From an uncultured Collinsella sp. (lineage in GTDB: Bacteria; Actinomycetota; Coriobacteriia; Coriobacteriales; Coriobacteriaceae), in contig CAJLCM010000001.1 in the NCBI GenBank assembly GCA_905205145.1, positions 2,403-66,402 on the forward strand: a stretch of DNA of 64,000 bases, read 5' to 3'. Below are positions 19,376 through 28,141 of the stretch, piece after piece; the stretch's first letter is position 1, and every line of letters starts with the position of its first letter. The notes below the pieces were generated by a model that saw only the letters and a program-made list of their open reading frames with translations, searched no databases and was not told the origin of the DNA. The position numbers and the translations under genes are program-made.

Positions 19376-20358
19376 TGTACGAGATCGACCTTAACCTCCC
19401 TAAGCAGATCGTCGCTGACGTCCTGTCCAACCACGAGATCCACAGCGTCGCTTTCGTCGGCTGCGGTGCTTCCATGTCCGACCTTTACCCCGCCAAGTAC
19501 TTCCTGGCCAACAACACGGACAAGCTGAACGTTCAGATCTTCACCGCTAACGAGTTCAACTACGACACGCCTTCCTGGGTCAACGAGCACACCTTCGTGA
19601 TCACCTGCTCCCTCGGTGGCTCCACGCCCGAGACCGTCGAGGCCAACAAGACCGCCAAGAAGCACAACTGCCCGGTCGTCTCCCTCACCAACAAGGCTGG
19701 CTCCGCTCTGACCGTCGACGCCGACCACGTCATCGTTCACGGCTTCCACGCCAACTATGCTGCCAAGGCCGAGAAGCCCGCTTACGCCATCGCTCTTGCT
19801 CTCGAGATCCTTCAGCAGACCGAGGGCTATGATCACTACGAGGACATGATCACCGGCCTCAACAACATCTTCGAGCTGATCGAGAACGCTGCTCAGTCCG
19901 CCAAGGGCCTGGCCAAGCAGTTCGCTCAGGACTTCAAGGACGACAAGATGATCTACTTCATGGCCTCCGGTGCCTCCGAGAAGATGGCTTATTCTAACGC
20001 CGCCTTCCTGTTCACCGAGATGCAGTGGATCGACGCCGCCTCCTACAACACCGGCGAGTACTTCCACGGCCCGTTCGAGGTTTCCACCGAGGGTAAGCCC
20101 TACGTCTTCCTTATGTCCGACGGTGCTACCCGTCCGATGGACGCTCGCGCCCTCACCTTCCTGCAGCGTATGGGTGCCAAGGTCGCTCTGATCGACTCCA
20201 AGGACTACGGCCTGGCCGACGCCGTGCCGGCAAGCGTCCTCACCTACTTCAACCCGCTGCTGCACCTCGCCGTTATGCGCGAGTACGGCAACCAGATCGC
20301 CGAGGCCCGTCAGCACCCGCTGACCATGCGTCGCTACATGTGGAAGCTCAGCTACTAA
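19376..20358 (+). CDS. SIS-domain sugar-phosphate isomerase/deglycase (FrlB/AgaS-like), paralog 2.
   Basis: Paralogous to 13986..14978 along its whole length and ends ..RRYMWKLSY. ATG 19376 is preferred over the upstream frame extension. Confidence 0.7.
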
Positions 20359-20460
20359 TCGCAAGTAGGTAGACCTTACTGGTTGATTGAGAGGGGATGG
20401 GGTTTGCGCCCTGTCCCCTTTTTGCTTTGGGGAGGACGTGCCCGTTGCGCTGTAAAACCC

Positions 20461-20502
20461 CAGATAAAACCTACCAAAATAAACCTGTCCCTTTTTGGCA
20501 GG
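20461..20502 (+). promoter_or_regulatory. Conserved ~48-nt upstream motif, copy 1 (cagataaaacctaccaaaataaacctgtccctttttggcagg). Ends 4 nt before the RBS of the HAD gene.
   Basis: Near-identical sequence at 22590-22640 (+) and 30896-30945 (-). Contains a 10-bp inverted repeat CCTRCCAAAA/TTTTGGYAGG. Confidence 0.45.
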
Positions 20503-20513
20503 TGGGAGGAGAT

Positions 20514-21147
20514 GCGTATGATCAAGGCAGTGCTGTTTGATATGGATGGCGTGCTGGTCGATACCGAGTGGTTCTACAACCGTCGTCGCGTGGCGTTTAT
20601 GGAAGAGAAGGGGTTTCACTTTGACGAGATCCCCGATCTTTCGGGATCTAACGAGCCGGCCATTTGGGAGGCACTGGTGCCCGACGATGTTGAACTGCGC
20701 GAGCGCCTGCGCGTTGAGTACAAGCAGGTCTATAGCCCGGACCATCCCGTTCCGTATGCCGAGCTGCTCAACGAGCAGACGGAGCCGGTGATGCGTGAGC
20801 TGCACGAGCGCGGCGTGAAGTGCGCCATCGCGAGCTCGTCCTATCGCGAGCTTATTGACGAGCTGGTGGAGATTGCCGGCATTGCCGATGTGCTGGATTA
20901 CACCATCAGCGGTCACGAGTGCAGCGCGTTTAAGCCCGACCCCGAGATCTACCTGCGTGCCATGGAGGCGCTGGGTGTGGAGCCTACCGAGTGCCTGGTT
21001 ATCGAGGATTCGCCTTTGGGCATTGAGGCTGGCAAGCGCTCCGGCGCCCGAGTCCTGGCGCTGCGTCCGCACGAGGGTGTCAACCTGGATCAATCGGGAG
21101 CCGATGCCGTTATCGACACGCTTACCGACATTTTGGCCGCTTTGTAG
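20514..21147 (+). CDS. HAD-superfamily hydrolase (beta-phosphoglucomutase-like sugar phosphatase).
   Basis: HAD motif I LFDMDGVLVDTE plus downstream motifs II-IV. The RBS is GGGAGGAG. The last 5 codons plus the stop lie inside the family 2 repeat. Confidence 0.75.
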
Positions 21148-21366
21148 TGTCAATCCGCCGCGAGAAGCACGGGTTTAAACGTTTTTTGCGGTGGACTGGC
21201 TCAATTTGGTTTCGATTATGATCCGTTTGGCTTCGATTCGGGCTAAGTGAGTAGACTTTTTGGCGTAGGCTGAGCACAATGCATATCTCCCTTTGTAAAA
21301 CCGCAGGTCACAGGGGTGGCGGTTTTGGGTGTGCACTGCAGGTCGCGTAAAGTCTACTCACTTGTA
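21131..21366. repeat. Intergenic repeat family 2, copy b.
   Basis: Aligns end to end with 12673-12910. It begins inside the HAD gene at ttttggccgctttgtag. Confidence 0.6.
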
Positions 21367-21502
21367 ATTTGGGCCTTTGGTCGTGGGGGTTGCTGGTCCC
21401 GCTTTGGTTGGCGAGAGAGGGTGAATTGAAGCGCCCCCGCACGCTCCATGCTACAATCGCGGGCATGCCCCACAACCACATCTGCCTTCGAAGGGAGCCT
21501 AC

Positions 21503-22510
21503 GTGGCGAACGCCATCGATCAGCTCACGGACCGAGTGCTCGTGCTCGGCCGTCTCACCATCGTTCGCCGCGCTATTACCGCCGTGGCGGTCACAATTTC
21601 CGCCATTCTCCAGACATTTCTGATCCAGGCGTTCATCCAGCCCGCCGACCTGCTTCCGAGCGGTCTTACCGGCGTCGCGGTCCTGCTCGATCGCGTTACC
21701 TCGCTCGGCGGCGTTCACATCGACATCTCGCTCGGTATGCTCGCGCTCAACATCCCCGTGGCGCTCCTATGCTGGAGCGGCATTAGCAAGCGCTTCGTCA
21801 TCTTCTCGATGATGCAGGTCGTGCTCTCATCGCTGTTTCTCAACGTCTTTCACTTCGCTCCGTTTTTGGGCGACAAGATCATGCTCATCATTTTTGGCGG
21901 CGTGGTCTCGGGTCTGGGCGCTGCCATCGCGCTTAAATCCGGCGCATCCACTGGCGGCACCGACTTTATCGCGCTGTGGGTTTCCAACCACACGGGCAAG
22001 ACCATCTGGGGCGTCATCTTTGGTTTCAACTGCTTTATCCTGGCGATCTTTGGCTTTATGTTTGGCTGGGACAAGGCGGCGTACTCCATCGTGTTCCAGT
22101 TTATTTCGACCAAGACCATCGACAGTTTCTATCGTCGTTACGACCGCGTGACGCTGCAGATCACGACGCGTAAGGCAGACGAGGTCATGACCGCCTATGT
22201 TGACCATTTTCAGCATGGCATTAGCTGTGCCGAGGTCATCGGCGGATACAGCCGCGAAAAGATGTATCTGCTGCACGCCGTTGTCTCGACCTACGAGAGT
22301 CAGGACATTATCAAGCTGGTGTGTGACATTGATCCCGGCGCCGTGATCAATGTGTTCCACACGCTCAACTTTGTGGGCGGCTGGTGGGGCGGTCATGTCG
22401 ACGAGCCCATGCCCACGGCCGTACCCGATCCCGACAAGCCCGCGCGCATGGCCAGCAGGCAGGCGCGCCTCAGCGAGCAGGACAGCCTGCAGCAGGACGA
22501 CGGCAAGTAG
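21503..22510 (+). CDS. YitT-family membrane protein (DUF161 plus DUF2179).
   Basis: Polytopic N-terminal region and a C-terminal soluble DUF2179-like domain (..VTLQITTRKADEVMTAYVDHFQHGISCAEVIGGYSREKMYLLHAVV..). Confidence 0.65.
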   Translation: MANAIDQLTDRVLVLGRLTIVRRAITAVAVTISAILQTFLIQAFIQPADLLPSGLTGVAVLLDRVTSLGGVHIDISLGMLALNIPVALLCWSGISKRFVIFSMMQVVLSSLFLNVFHFAPFLGDKIMLIIFGGVVSGLGAAIALKSGASTGGTDFIALWVSNHTGKTIWGVIFGFNCFILAIFGFMFGWDKAAYSIVFQFISTKTIDSFYRRYDRVTLQITTRKADEVMTAYVDHFQHGISCAEVIGGYSREKMYLLHAVVSTYESQDIIKLVCDIDPGAVINVFHTLNFVGGWWGGHVDEPMPTAVPDPDKPARMASRQARLSEQDSLQQDDGK

Positions 22511-22589
22511 GGTACCGGCATTTTGCCGGCCTGGCGCAATCCTGTCCGCTTGAGCCTCCCGAAAGCCTCGTTGCTTTTGTGAGGCTCTC

Positions 22590-22640
22590 GTTTGCCCAGA
22601 TAAAGCCTATCAAAATGAAGCTGTCGCTTTTTGGTAGGGA
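22590..22640 (+). promoter_or_regulatory. Conserved ~48-nt upstream motif, copy 2.
   Basis: gtttgcccagataaagcctatcaaaatgaagctgtcgctttttggtaggg. Lies 90 nt upstream of the GntR gene at 22731. Confidence 0.4.
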
Positions 22641-22730
22641 GGGTGTATCGTTTTATCAATATGAGGTAACATGAAACTAGACGTTATATACGTATTAGTT
22701 ATTTCAATATTTCGATAAGAGTGATTAGAT

Positions 22731-23450
22731 ATGCCTGCACCCAAAAATGCACCGCTTTACCAGCAGATTTACGACGAAATTAAGGACGCGATCGAGAAAG
22801 GTGTTTATGCACCCAAGGAGCGTATTCCGTCCGAGCTTGAGCTAGCCGAGCAGTACGACGTGAGCCGCATTACGGTGCGCCGCGCCGTCGAGGAGCTGTG
22901 CTCCGATGGCTACCTGGTTAAGCAGCAGGGCCGTGGCACCTTTGTCTCCACGCCGCACATCAACCGCCAGTTCCACGCTTCGACGCTGCAGACGTTTACC
23001 GCGCTGTGTGCCGATAATGACATGAAGGCGGGCGCGCATGTGGTCGATCGCCAGATTGTGCCGGCACGTCAAAACGAGATGGAGTTCTTTGGCCTGCAGA
23101 AGGACGCGCTGCTGCTGCACATCAAGCGCGTGCGTACGGCCGACGGCGAGCCCATTTTTGAGGAGAACATCTTTGTGCCGTTTGACGCCTACCGTGAGCT
23201 GTTGACGGCCGATCTTGAGGACAAGTCGATTTTTGCCGAGGTCGAGCGTGTTGGCGGAACGCCGATTGTCTCGGTTGGTTACCGCACGGTCGAGGCCGTT
23301 CGTGCCAATACCGAGCAGGCGGCCGAGTTGGGCATTGCTCCGCACGATCCACTGCTCAACCTGCGTGCCGGCTTTATCGGCCCCAATGGCGAGCCGGTCC
23401 TGATGGGTAAGCAGTACTACGTGGGATCGCGCTACGTTATGGTCATGTAG
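22731..23450 (+). CDS. GntR/HutC-family transcriptional regulator, paralog 2.
   Basis: HTH (..PSELELAEQYDVSRITVRRAVEELCSDGYLVKQQGRGTFV..) plus a UTRA domain. Confidence 0.8.
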   Translation: MPAPKNAPLYQQIYDEIKDAIEKGVYAPKERIPSELELAEQYDVSRITVRRAVEELCSDGYLVKQQGRGTFVSTPHINRQFHASTLQTFTALCADNDMKAGAHVVDRQIVPARQNEMEFFGLQKDALLLHIKRVRTADGEPIFEENIFVPFDAYRELLTADLEDKSIFAEVERVGGTPIVSVGYRTVEAVRANTEQAAELGIAPHDPLLNLRAGFIGPNGEPVLMGKQYYVGSRYVMVM

Positions 23451-23502
23451 GGTTGGTTCCGCCGTTCTTACGAACGGCGGACCGATCGACGCTGCGCCTT
23501 TG

Positions 23503-23814
23503 GTTACGCGGTTTTACCAAACCGCGTAACGGCTCGACGCTGCAAACGCCCCTAAGCGGCAATCTGACGTTCAATCGTCGGTCGCGTACCGAAGTACGCT
23601 TCCCTCCTCTTTCACGTCACCTTGCTCGCTTAGGGGCGTTTTCGCTGACTTATGCTCAACCAGCGACGTTTCCGTGCTTGTCAAGAGATAAAACATCGAC
23701 GTTGCCGGGCCGGCACTTGGGGACGTTCCTTTTGTGCCGGCACCTGGGGACACTCCTTAGTCGTTGGGGACGTTCTTAAACGACTGGTCATTCAAGAACG
23801 TCCCCGATGACTAC
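23503..23814. repeat. Intergenic structured repeat family 3, copy B (the longest).
   Basis: Has the perfect palindrome gttacgcggttttaccaaaccgcgtaac, the long-range stem aacgcccctaagcg/cgcttaggggcgtt and the extra 3' hairpin ggggacgttctt...aagaacgtcccc. A terminator-like hairpin (ccgccgttcttacgaacggcgg) precedes it at 23457-23480. Confidence 0.6.
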
Positions 23815-23903
23815 CCGCAGAATGAGCGTGGCTGACAGCCGTGCGGCACCGGTCCGCGTGGCGGCGTATAATCGGCGGCAGATGACTTGGACGTTAGGAA
23901 ATC

Positions 23904-25883
23904 ATGACCGATAGCATGCAGCAGATGGCGCTCGACACGCTCGGCGCCTATTTTGGCTACACCTCGTTTCGCCCGGGGCAGGACCGCATGGTGGATGCGA
24001 TTCTTGCCGGCCGCGATGCGCTCGGCGTTATGCCCACAGGCGCCGGCAAGTCCATTTGCTACCAGGTGCCCGCGCTCATGCTGCCTGGTATCACCTTTGT
24101 GGTGAGCCCGCTGCTGTCGCTTATGGAGGATCAGACCCGCGCGTTGCTCGCGGCGGGTGCGCGCCCCAGCTATCTCAACTCCAGCCTTACGCCGGCTCAG
24201 CAAAATACCGTGCTCAAGCGGGCGCGCGAGGGCCGCTATCAGCTTATGTACGTGGCACCCGAGCGTCTGCTCGAGCCGCGCTTTTTAGCCTTTGCGCAGG
24301 AAGCCGCGGCCGAAGGTGGCATCGGCGTGCCGCTCGTGGCCATTGACGAGGCCCACTGCGTAAGCCAATGGGGCCAGGATTTTCGCCCTGCTTACCTGCA
24401 GATTCGCGAGTTCATTGATTCCCTGCCGCAGCGTCCCATCGTGGCGGCCTTTACCGCTACGGCGACCGAGCGTGTGCGTGCGGACATTCAGCAAATGCTC
24501 GGCCTACAAAACCCGGCGACCGTGGTGACGGGCTTCGATCGCAAGAACCTCTACTTTGGTTGCGAAGAGATGGGCGACAAGGCCAAGACCGCGTGGGTGC
24601 GCGACTATGTGATCGCGCATTCGGGCGAGAGCGGCATCGTGTATTGCTCGACCCGCAAGACGGTCGACGCGCTGGCCGCGGAGCTTGCCGAGGCCCTGGG
24701 TCCCAGCGGCATTCGCGTGGGCCGCTACCATGCCGGCATGGGCAACGACGCCCGCCGCCAGAGCCAGCGTGCCTTTATCGACGACGACATACAGGTGATG
24801 GTTGCCACCAACGCCTTTGGAATGGGCATCGATAAGCCCAACGTGCGCTACGTCATCCACAACAACGTGCCCGAGAGCATCGAGGCATACTACCAGGAGG
24901 CGGGCCGCGCCGGCCGCGATGGCGACCCGGCCAGCTGCCACTTGCTGTGGAACGGCAACGATTTTCGCATGCGCCGCTTTCTGATCGACCGCGGCGATGC
25001 GGCCGACGAGGCGCTTGACGACGAGCAGCGCGCGTGGGCGCCCCAGAATCGATATCGTCTGCTCAGCCAGATGGAGGGCTACTGCAATACCACGGGCTGC
25101 CTGCGCGAATACATGCTGCGCTACTTTGGCGACGAAGCCGCGGCCGAGCATGCGGTTGCGGCTGCTACGGGCGGCACGGCAGACGACGCCGAGGGCTGCG
25201 GCAACTGCAGCAACTGTCTCACGCAGTTCGAGGTCGAGGACGTCACCGATATGGCCCGCGCCGCTGTGCGCTATGTGGCCACGCGTCCCATGCGCTTTGG
25301 CAAGTCGCTGATCGCCGATGTGCTCCACGGCGGCAACACCGAGCGCATTCGCCAGATGCATCTGGACGAGGACCGCGGCTACGGTGAGCTGTCGAGCGAA
25401 TCGGTCGGGCGCATCAAGGACATCATCGGCCAGCTGTGCGGCCGTGGTTATTTGGCCACCTCGCAGGGGCAGTACCCGGTCGTGGGGCTGGGTCCGCGTG
25501 CCGGCGAGGTCGAGGACGAGGCGTTCGCCTTTACCGTTAAGCGTCGCGCGTCCAAGCGCAAGGCCTCGGCCCGCGCCCGCCGTGCCGTCGATCTGCTGCG
25601 CGAGGAGGCCGAGCTGGATGAGCGCCCGCGCGTTGGCGACGATGCTGAGCTGTTCGAGCGTCTGCGTGCCCTGCGCAAGGAGATCTCGACCGAGCTGGAG
25701 ATGGCGCCGTACATGGTCTTTTCCGACAAGGCCCTGCGCGGCCTGTGCCGCTTGCGCCCGCAGACACGCGACGAGCTGATCCAGGTCAACGGCATTGGCG
25801 AGAAAAAGGCCGACGCCTTTGGCGAGCAGTTTATGGCGGCGATTGAAGAATTTGAGTCCGAGCATGCGCGGGATGGAGCGTAA
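23904..25883 (+). CDS. recQ: ATP-dependent DNA helicase RecQ.
   Basis: Motif I PTGAGKS, DEAHCVSQWGQDFRPAY, the RecQ-Ct zinc-binding region and a C-terminal HRDC domain. Confidence 0.9.
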   Translation: MTDSMQQMALDTLGAYFGYTSFRPGQDRMVDAILAGRDALGVMPTGAGKSICYQVPALMLPGITFVVSPLLSLMEDQTRALLAAGARPSYLNSSLTPAQQNTVLKRAREGRYQLMYVAPERLLEPRFLAFAQEAAAEGGIGVPLVAIDEAHCVSQWGQDFRPAYLQIREFIDSLPQRPIVAAFTATATERVRADIQQMLGLQNPATVVTGFDRKNLYFGCEEMGDKAKTAWVRDYVIAHSGESGIVYCSTRKTVDALAAELAEALGPSGIRVGRYHAGMGNDARRQSQRAFIDDDIQVMVATNAFGMGIDKPNVRYVIHNNVPESIEAYYQEAGRAGRDGDPASCHLLWNGNDFRMRRFLIDRGDAADEALDDEQRAWAPQNRYRLLSQMEGYCNTTGCLREYMLRYFGDEAAAEHAVAAATGGTADDAEGCGNCSNCLTQFEVEDVTDMARAAVRYVATRPMRFGKSLIADVLHGGNTERIRQMHLDEDRGYGELSSESVGRIKDIIGQLCGRGYLATSQGQYPVVGLGPRAGEVEDEAFAFTVKRRASKRKASARARRAVDLLREEAELDERPRVGDDAELFERLRALRKEISTELEMAPYMVFSDKALRGLCRLRPQTRDELIQVNGIGEKKADAFGEQFMAAIEEFESEHARDGA

Positions 25884-25885
25884 CG

Positions 25886-26650
25886 ATGGTAGCCGATAGC
25901 AAGACCGAACGTTCCGAGCGCGCCGAGGTGTCCGCCGTGCCACTGTACCAGCAGGTCATGGACGACCTAAAGGGCGAGATTGCGCGCGGCGTGTACGTGG
26001 CCGGCTCGCGCATTCCTTCCGAGATGGAGCTCGCGAAGTCCTACGGCGTGGGGCGCGTCACCGTGCGTCGCGCCATCGAGGAGCTGTCGCGTGCGGGGTA
26101 TCTCAACCGCCAGCAGGGGAGGGGCACCTTTGTGTGTGCGCCCAAGCTCAAGCGCAAGATTCGCCAGAAGGGTGACGTCCAGAGCTTTACTGAGGGTTGT
26201 GCTGCCAACGACATGGTGCCGGGTGCGCGTCTGGTGTCGCGCACGGTGGTCGCGGCGACGCGCGAGGATGCGACGTTCTTTGGCGTGGAGCCCGGCTGCG
26301 AGCTTATCGTGGTCGAGCGCGTGCGCACGGCCGACGGCATCCCTGTCATGCTTGAGAACAACGCCTTTGTGCTCGGCGACCATCCCTACCTGCAGACGCT
26401 GGCCGATGAGGACCTCACCGATAACTCAATCTTTGCGCTCGTTGCCGAGCATTCGGGTCGCGCGCCGCTCAAGTCCGACCCCTGCACCGTGGAGATTGCG
26501 CTTGCTGATGCTCAAGCGGCCCCACTGCTGGAGGTGCCGGTCGGCGAGCCGCTCTTCTATATGGAGGCGTACTTTACCGATGAGGACGAGCGCCCCTTGC
26601 TGTTCGGACGCCAAAAGATCGTGGGCTCGCGCTACGTCTTCGACATCTAA
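25886..26650 (+). CDS. GntR/HutC-family transcriptional regulator, paralog 3.
   Basis: HTH (..PSEMELAKSYGVGRVTVRRAIEELSRAGYLNRQQGRGTFV..) plus a UTRA domain. The start is 3 nt after the recQ stop. Confidence 0.8.
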   Translation: MVADSKTERSERAEVSAVPLYQQVMDDLKGEIARGVYVAGSRIPSEMELAKSYGVGRVTVRRAIEELSRAGYLNRQQGRGTFVCAPKLKRKIRQKGDVQSFTEGCAANDMVPGARLVSRTVVAATREDATFFGVEPGCELIVVERVRTADGIPVMLENNAFVLGDHPYLQTLADEDLTDNSIFALVAEHSGRAPLKSDPCTVEIALADAQAAPLLEVPVGEPLFYMEAYFTDEDERPLLFGRQKIVGSRYVFDI

Positions 26651-26794
26651 CGTCCACAGATAGAACAACATAGAACAAATTTGCCGGGATGACTTCACGG
26701 GCGTTGTTACACGTGTTATAAATAGGACAACATAGAACGACAGCAGGTACGAGCTGCCGTCGCTCAAAGCTGCCCCACAAGGAGGAACATCAGG

Positions 26795-27763
26795 ATGAAC
26801 GCACATGATCTGGTTCAGGAAATCATCGAGCGCAAGGGCAAGATCGAGAACGTCTTTTGGATCGCCTGCGGCGGTTCGATGATCGACCTGATGCCGGCCA
26901 ACGAGCTGCTCAAGCGCGAGGCCACCACGTTTTCCTCGACGGTCTACACGGCACGCGAGTTTTGCCTGATGGCCCCCAAGAGCCTTGGCGAGAAGTCTCT
27001 CGTTATTGCATGCAGCCACAGCGGCAACACGCAGGAGGTCGTCGACGGCTGCGAGATGGCGTTGGCTGCCGGCGCCGAGGTCGTCGCCATGACCGACTGC
27101 GAGGGCTCCAAGATCGACAACGGCAAGTGGGCCACCTGGGTCTATCCGTGGGGCGAAGGCGTGCCGCAGGCCGAGGTGCCTCAGGGTATCGGCGCTCTGA
27201 TCGCCGCCGAGCTGCTCGACCAGCAGGAGGGCTACGAGGCACTCGCCGACATGTACGCCGGCCTTAAGCAGATGGATGCGCTGCTGCCCGCTGCCCGTGA
27301 GAAGGTCAACGCCGAGCTGGGCGATCGCTTTGCCGAGCTCTGCCAGCAGCACAAGTTCTTCTATATCCTGGGCTCCGGACCCAACTTTAGCCAGACCTAC
27401 GCCATGGCCATCTGCTCGCTCATGGAGATGCAGTGGCAGCACTGCTGCTACATCCACTCCGGCGAGTATTTCCACGGTCCCTTCGAGGCCACCGAGCCCG
27501 GCGTGTTCTACTTTGTGCAGCTTGGCGCGGGCGAGTGCCGCCCCATGGAGGAGCGCGCTCTTGCGTTCCTCAACACGCACACCGATACGATTATGGTGCT
27601 CGACGCACTTGAGTACGGCGTGGGCGAGGTGCCCGCCAGCGTGCGTTCGTACCTGGAGCCGATCTTCTTCTACAACATGAGCTGCGAGCTGCGCGCCGCG
27701 CGCGGCAAGGTGTTTGACCACAGCCCCGAGGTTCGTCGCTACATGGGCATCGAGCAGTACTAG
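26795..27763 (+). CDS. SIS-domain sugar-phosphate isomerase/deglycase (FrlB/AgaS-like), paralog 3.
   Basis: Paralogous to 13986 and 19376. Ends ..RRYMGIEQY. The RBS is CAAGGAGGAA. Confidence 0.7.
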   Translation: MNAHDLVQEIIERKGKIENVFWIACGGSMIDLMPANELLKREATTFSSTVYTAREFCLMAPKSLGEKSLVIACSHSGNTQEVVDGCEMALAAGAEVVAMTDCEGSKIDNGKWATWVYPWGEGVPQAEVPQGIGALIAAELLDQQEGYEALADMYAGLKQMDALLPAAREKVNAELGDRFAELCQQHKFFYILGSGPNFSQTYAMAICSLMEMQWQHCCYIHSGEYFHGPFEATEPGVFYFVQLGAGECRPMEERALAFLNTHTDTIMVLDALEYGVGEVPASVRSYLEPIFFYNMSCELRAARGKVFDHSPEVRRYMGIEQY

Positions 27764-27785
27764 GTACCGGGAATTGTCTTTTTTG

Positions 27786-27819
27786 ACGGGGCCTGCGCTG
27801 TGCGCGGGCCCCGTTTTAC
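27786..27819 (+). terminator. Terminator-like hairpin (acggggcc...ggccccgt followed by tttacgttg) after the SIS gene.
   Basis: A GC stem followed by a short T-run. Confidence 0.45.
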
Positions 27820-27852
27820 GTTGTGGCGGCCGGATTTGTGTCTGCGCGAAAA

Positions 27853-28034
27853 CGAAGGTGAATACTTTTCCGCGAAGTGAACGACCTATTTTGGACCCCC
27901 GAAGCATCCACACTTTTTGACGCCAAAACTGCAGGAAAAACTTGGCGAAACCGCAGGAAACGGCGTCTGAAAAGTGTCGATGCTTCGGGGGCTCGTTTTT
28001 GCTCGTTCACTTCGCGGAAAAGTATTCACCTTCG
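27853..28034. repeat. 182-bp near-perfect palindrome (hairpin element).
   Basis: Outer arms cgaaggtgaatacttttccgcgaagtgaacga at 27853-27884 and 28003-28034 are exact reverse complements. Inner arms cccccgaagcatccacactttt / aaaagtgtcgatgcttcggggg are also exact. Confidence 0.6.
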
Positions 28035-28056
28035 ATTCGCAAGGGCACTGTGTGAG

Positions 28057-28099
28057 TCAAAAAAGCGGGCCGTGCCGGAAATCCCCGGCGCGGCCCGCT
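28057..28099 (-). terminator. Rho-independent terminator of ldh (gcgggccgcgccgggga-ttccggcacggcccgc followed by TTTTTT on the minus strand).
   Basis: A GC-rich stem followed by a six-T run in the minus orientation, 40 nt after the ldh stop. Flanked by the direct repeat cttcgattcgcaagg. Confidence 0.65.
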
Positions 28100-28141
28100 T
28101 AGTATCGCGCTTCGATTCGCAAGGTTGCGGCAGCCAACGGC

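Noticed and set aside
20383-20513. N-terminal 44-aa extension of the HAD ORF (MIERGWGLRPVPF...).
   Set aside because: The extension covers the conserved upstream motif and has no RBS. ATG 20514 is preceded by GGGAGGAG.
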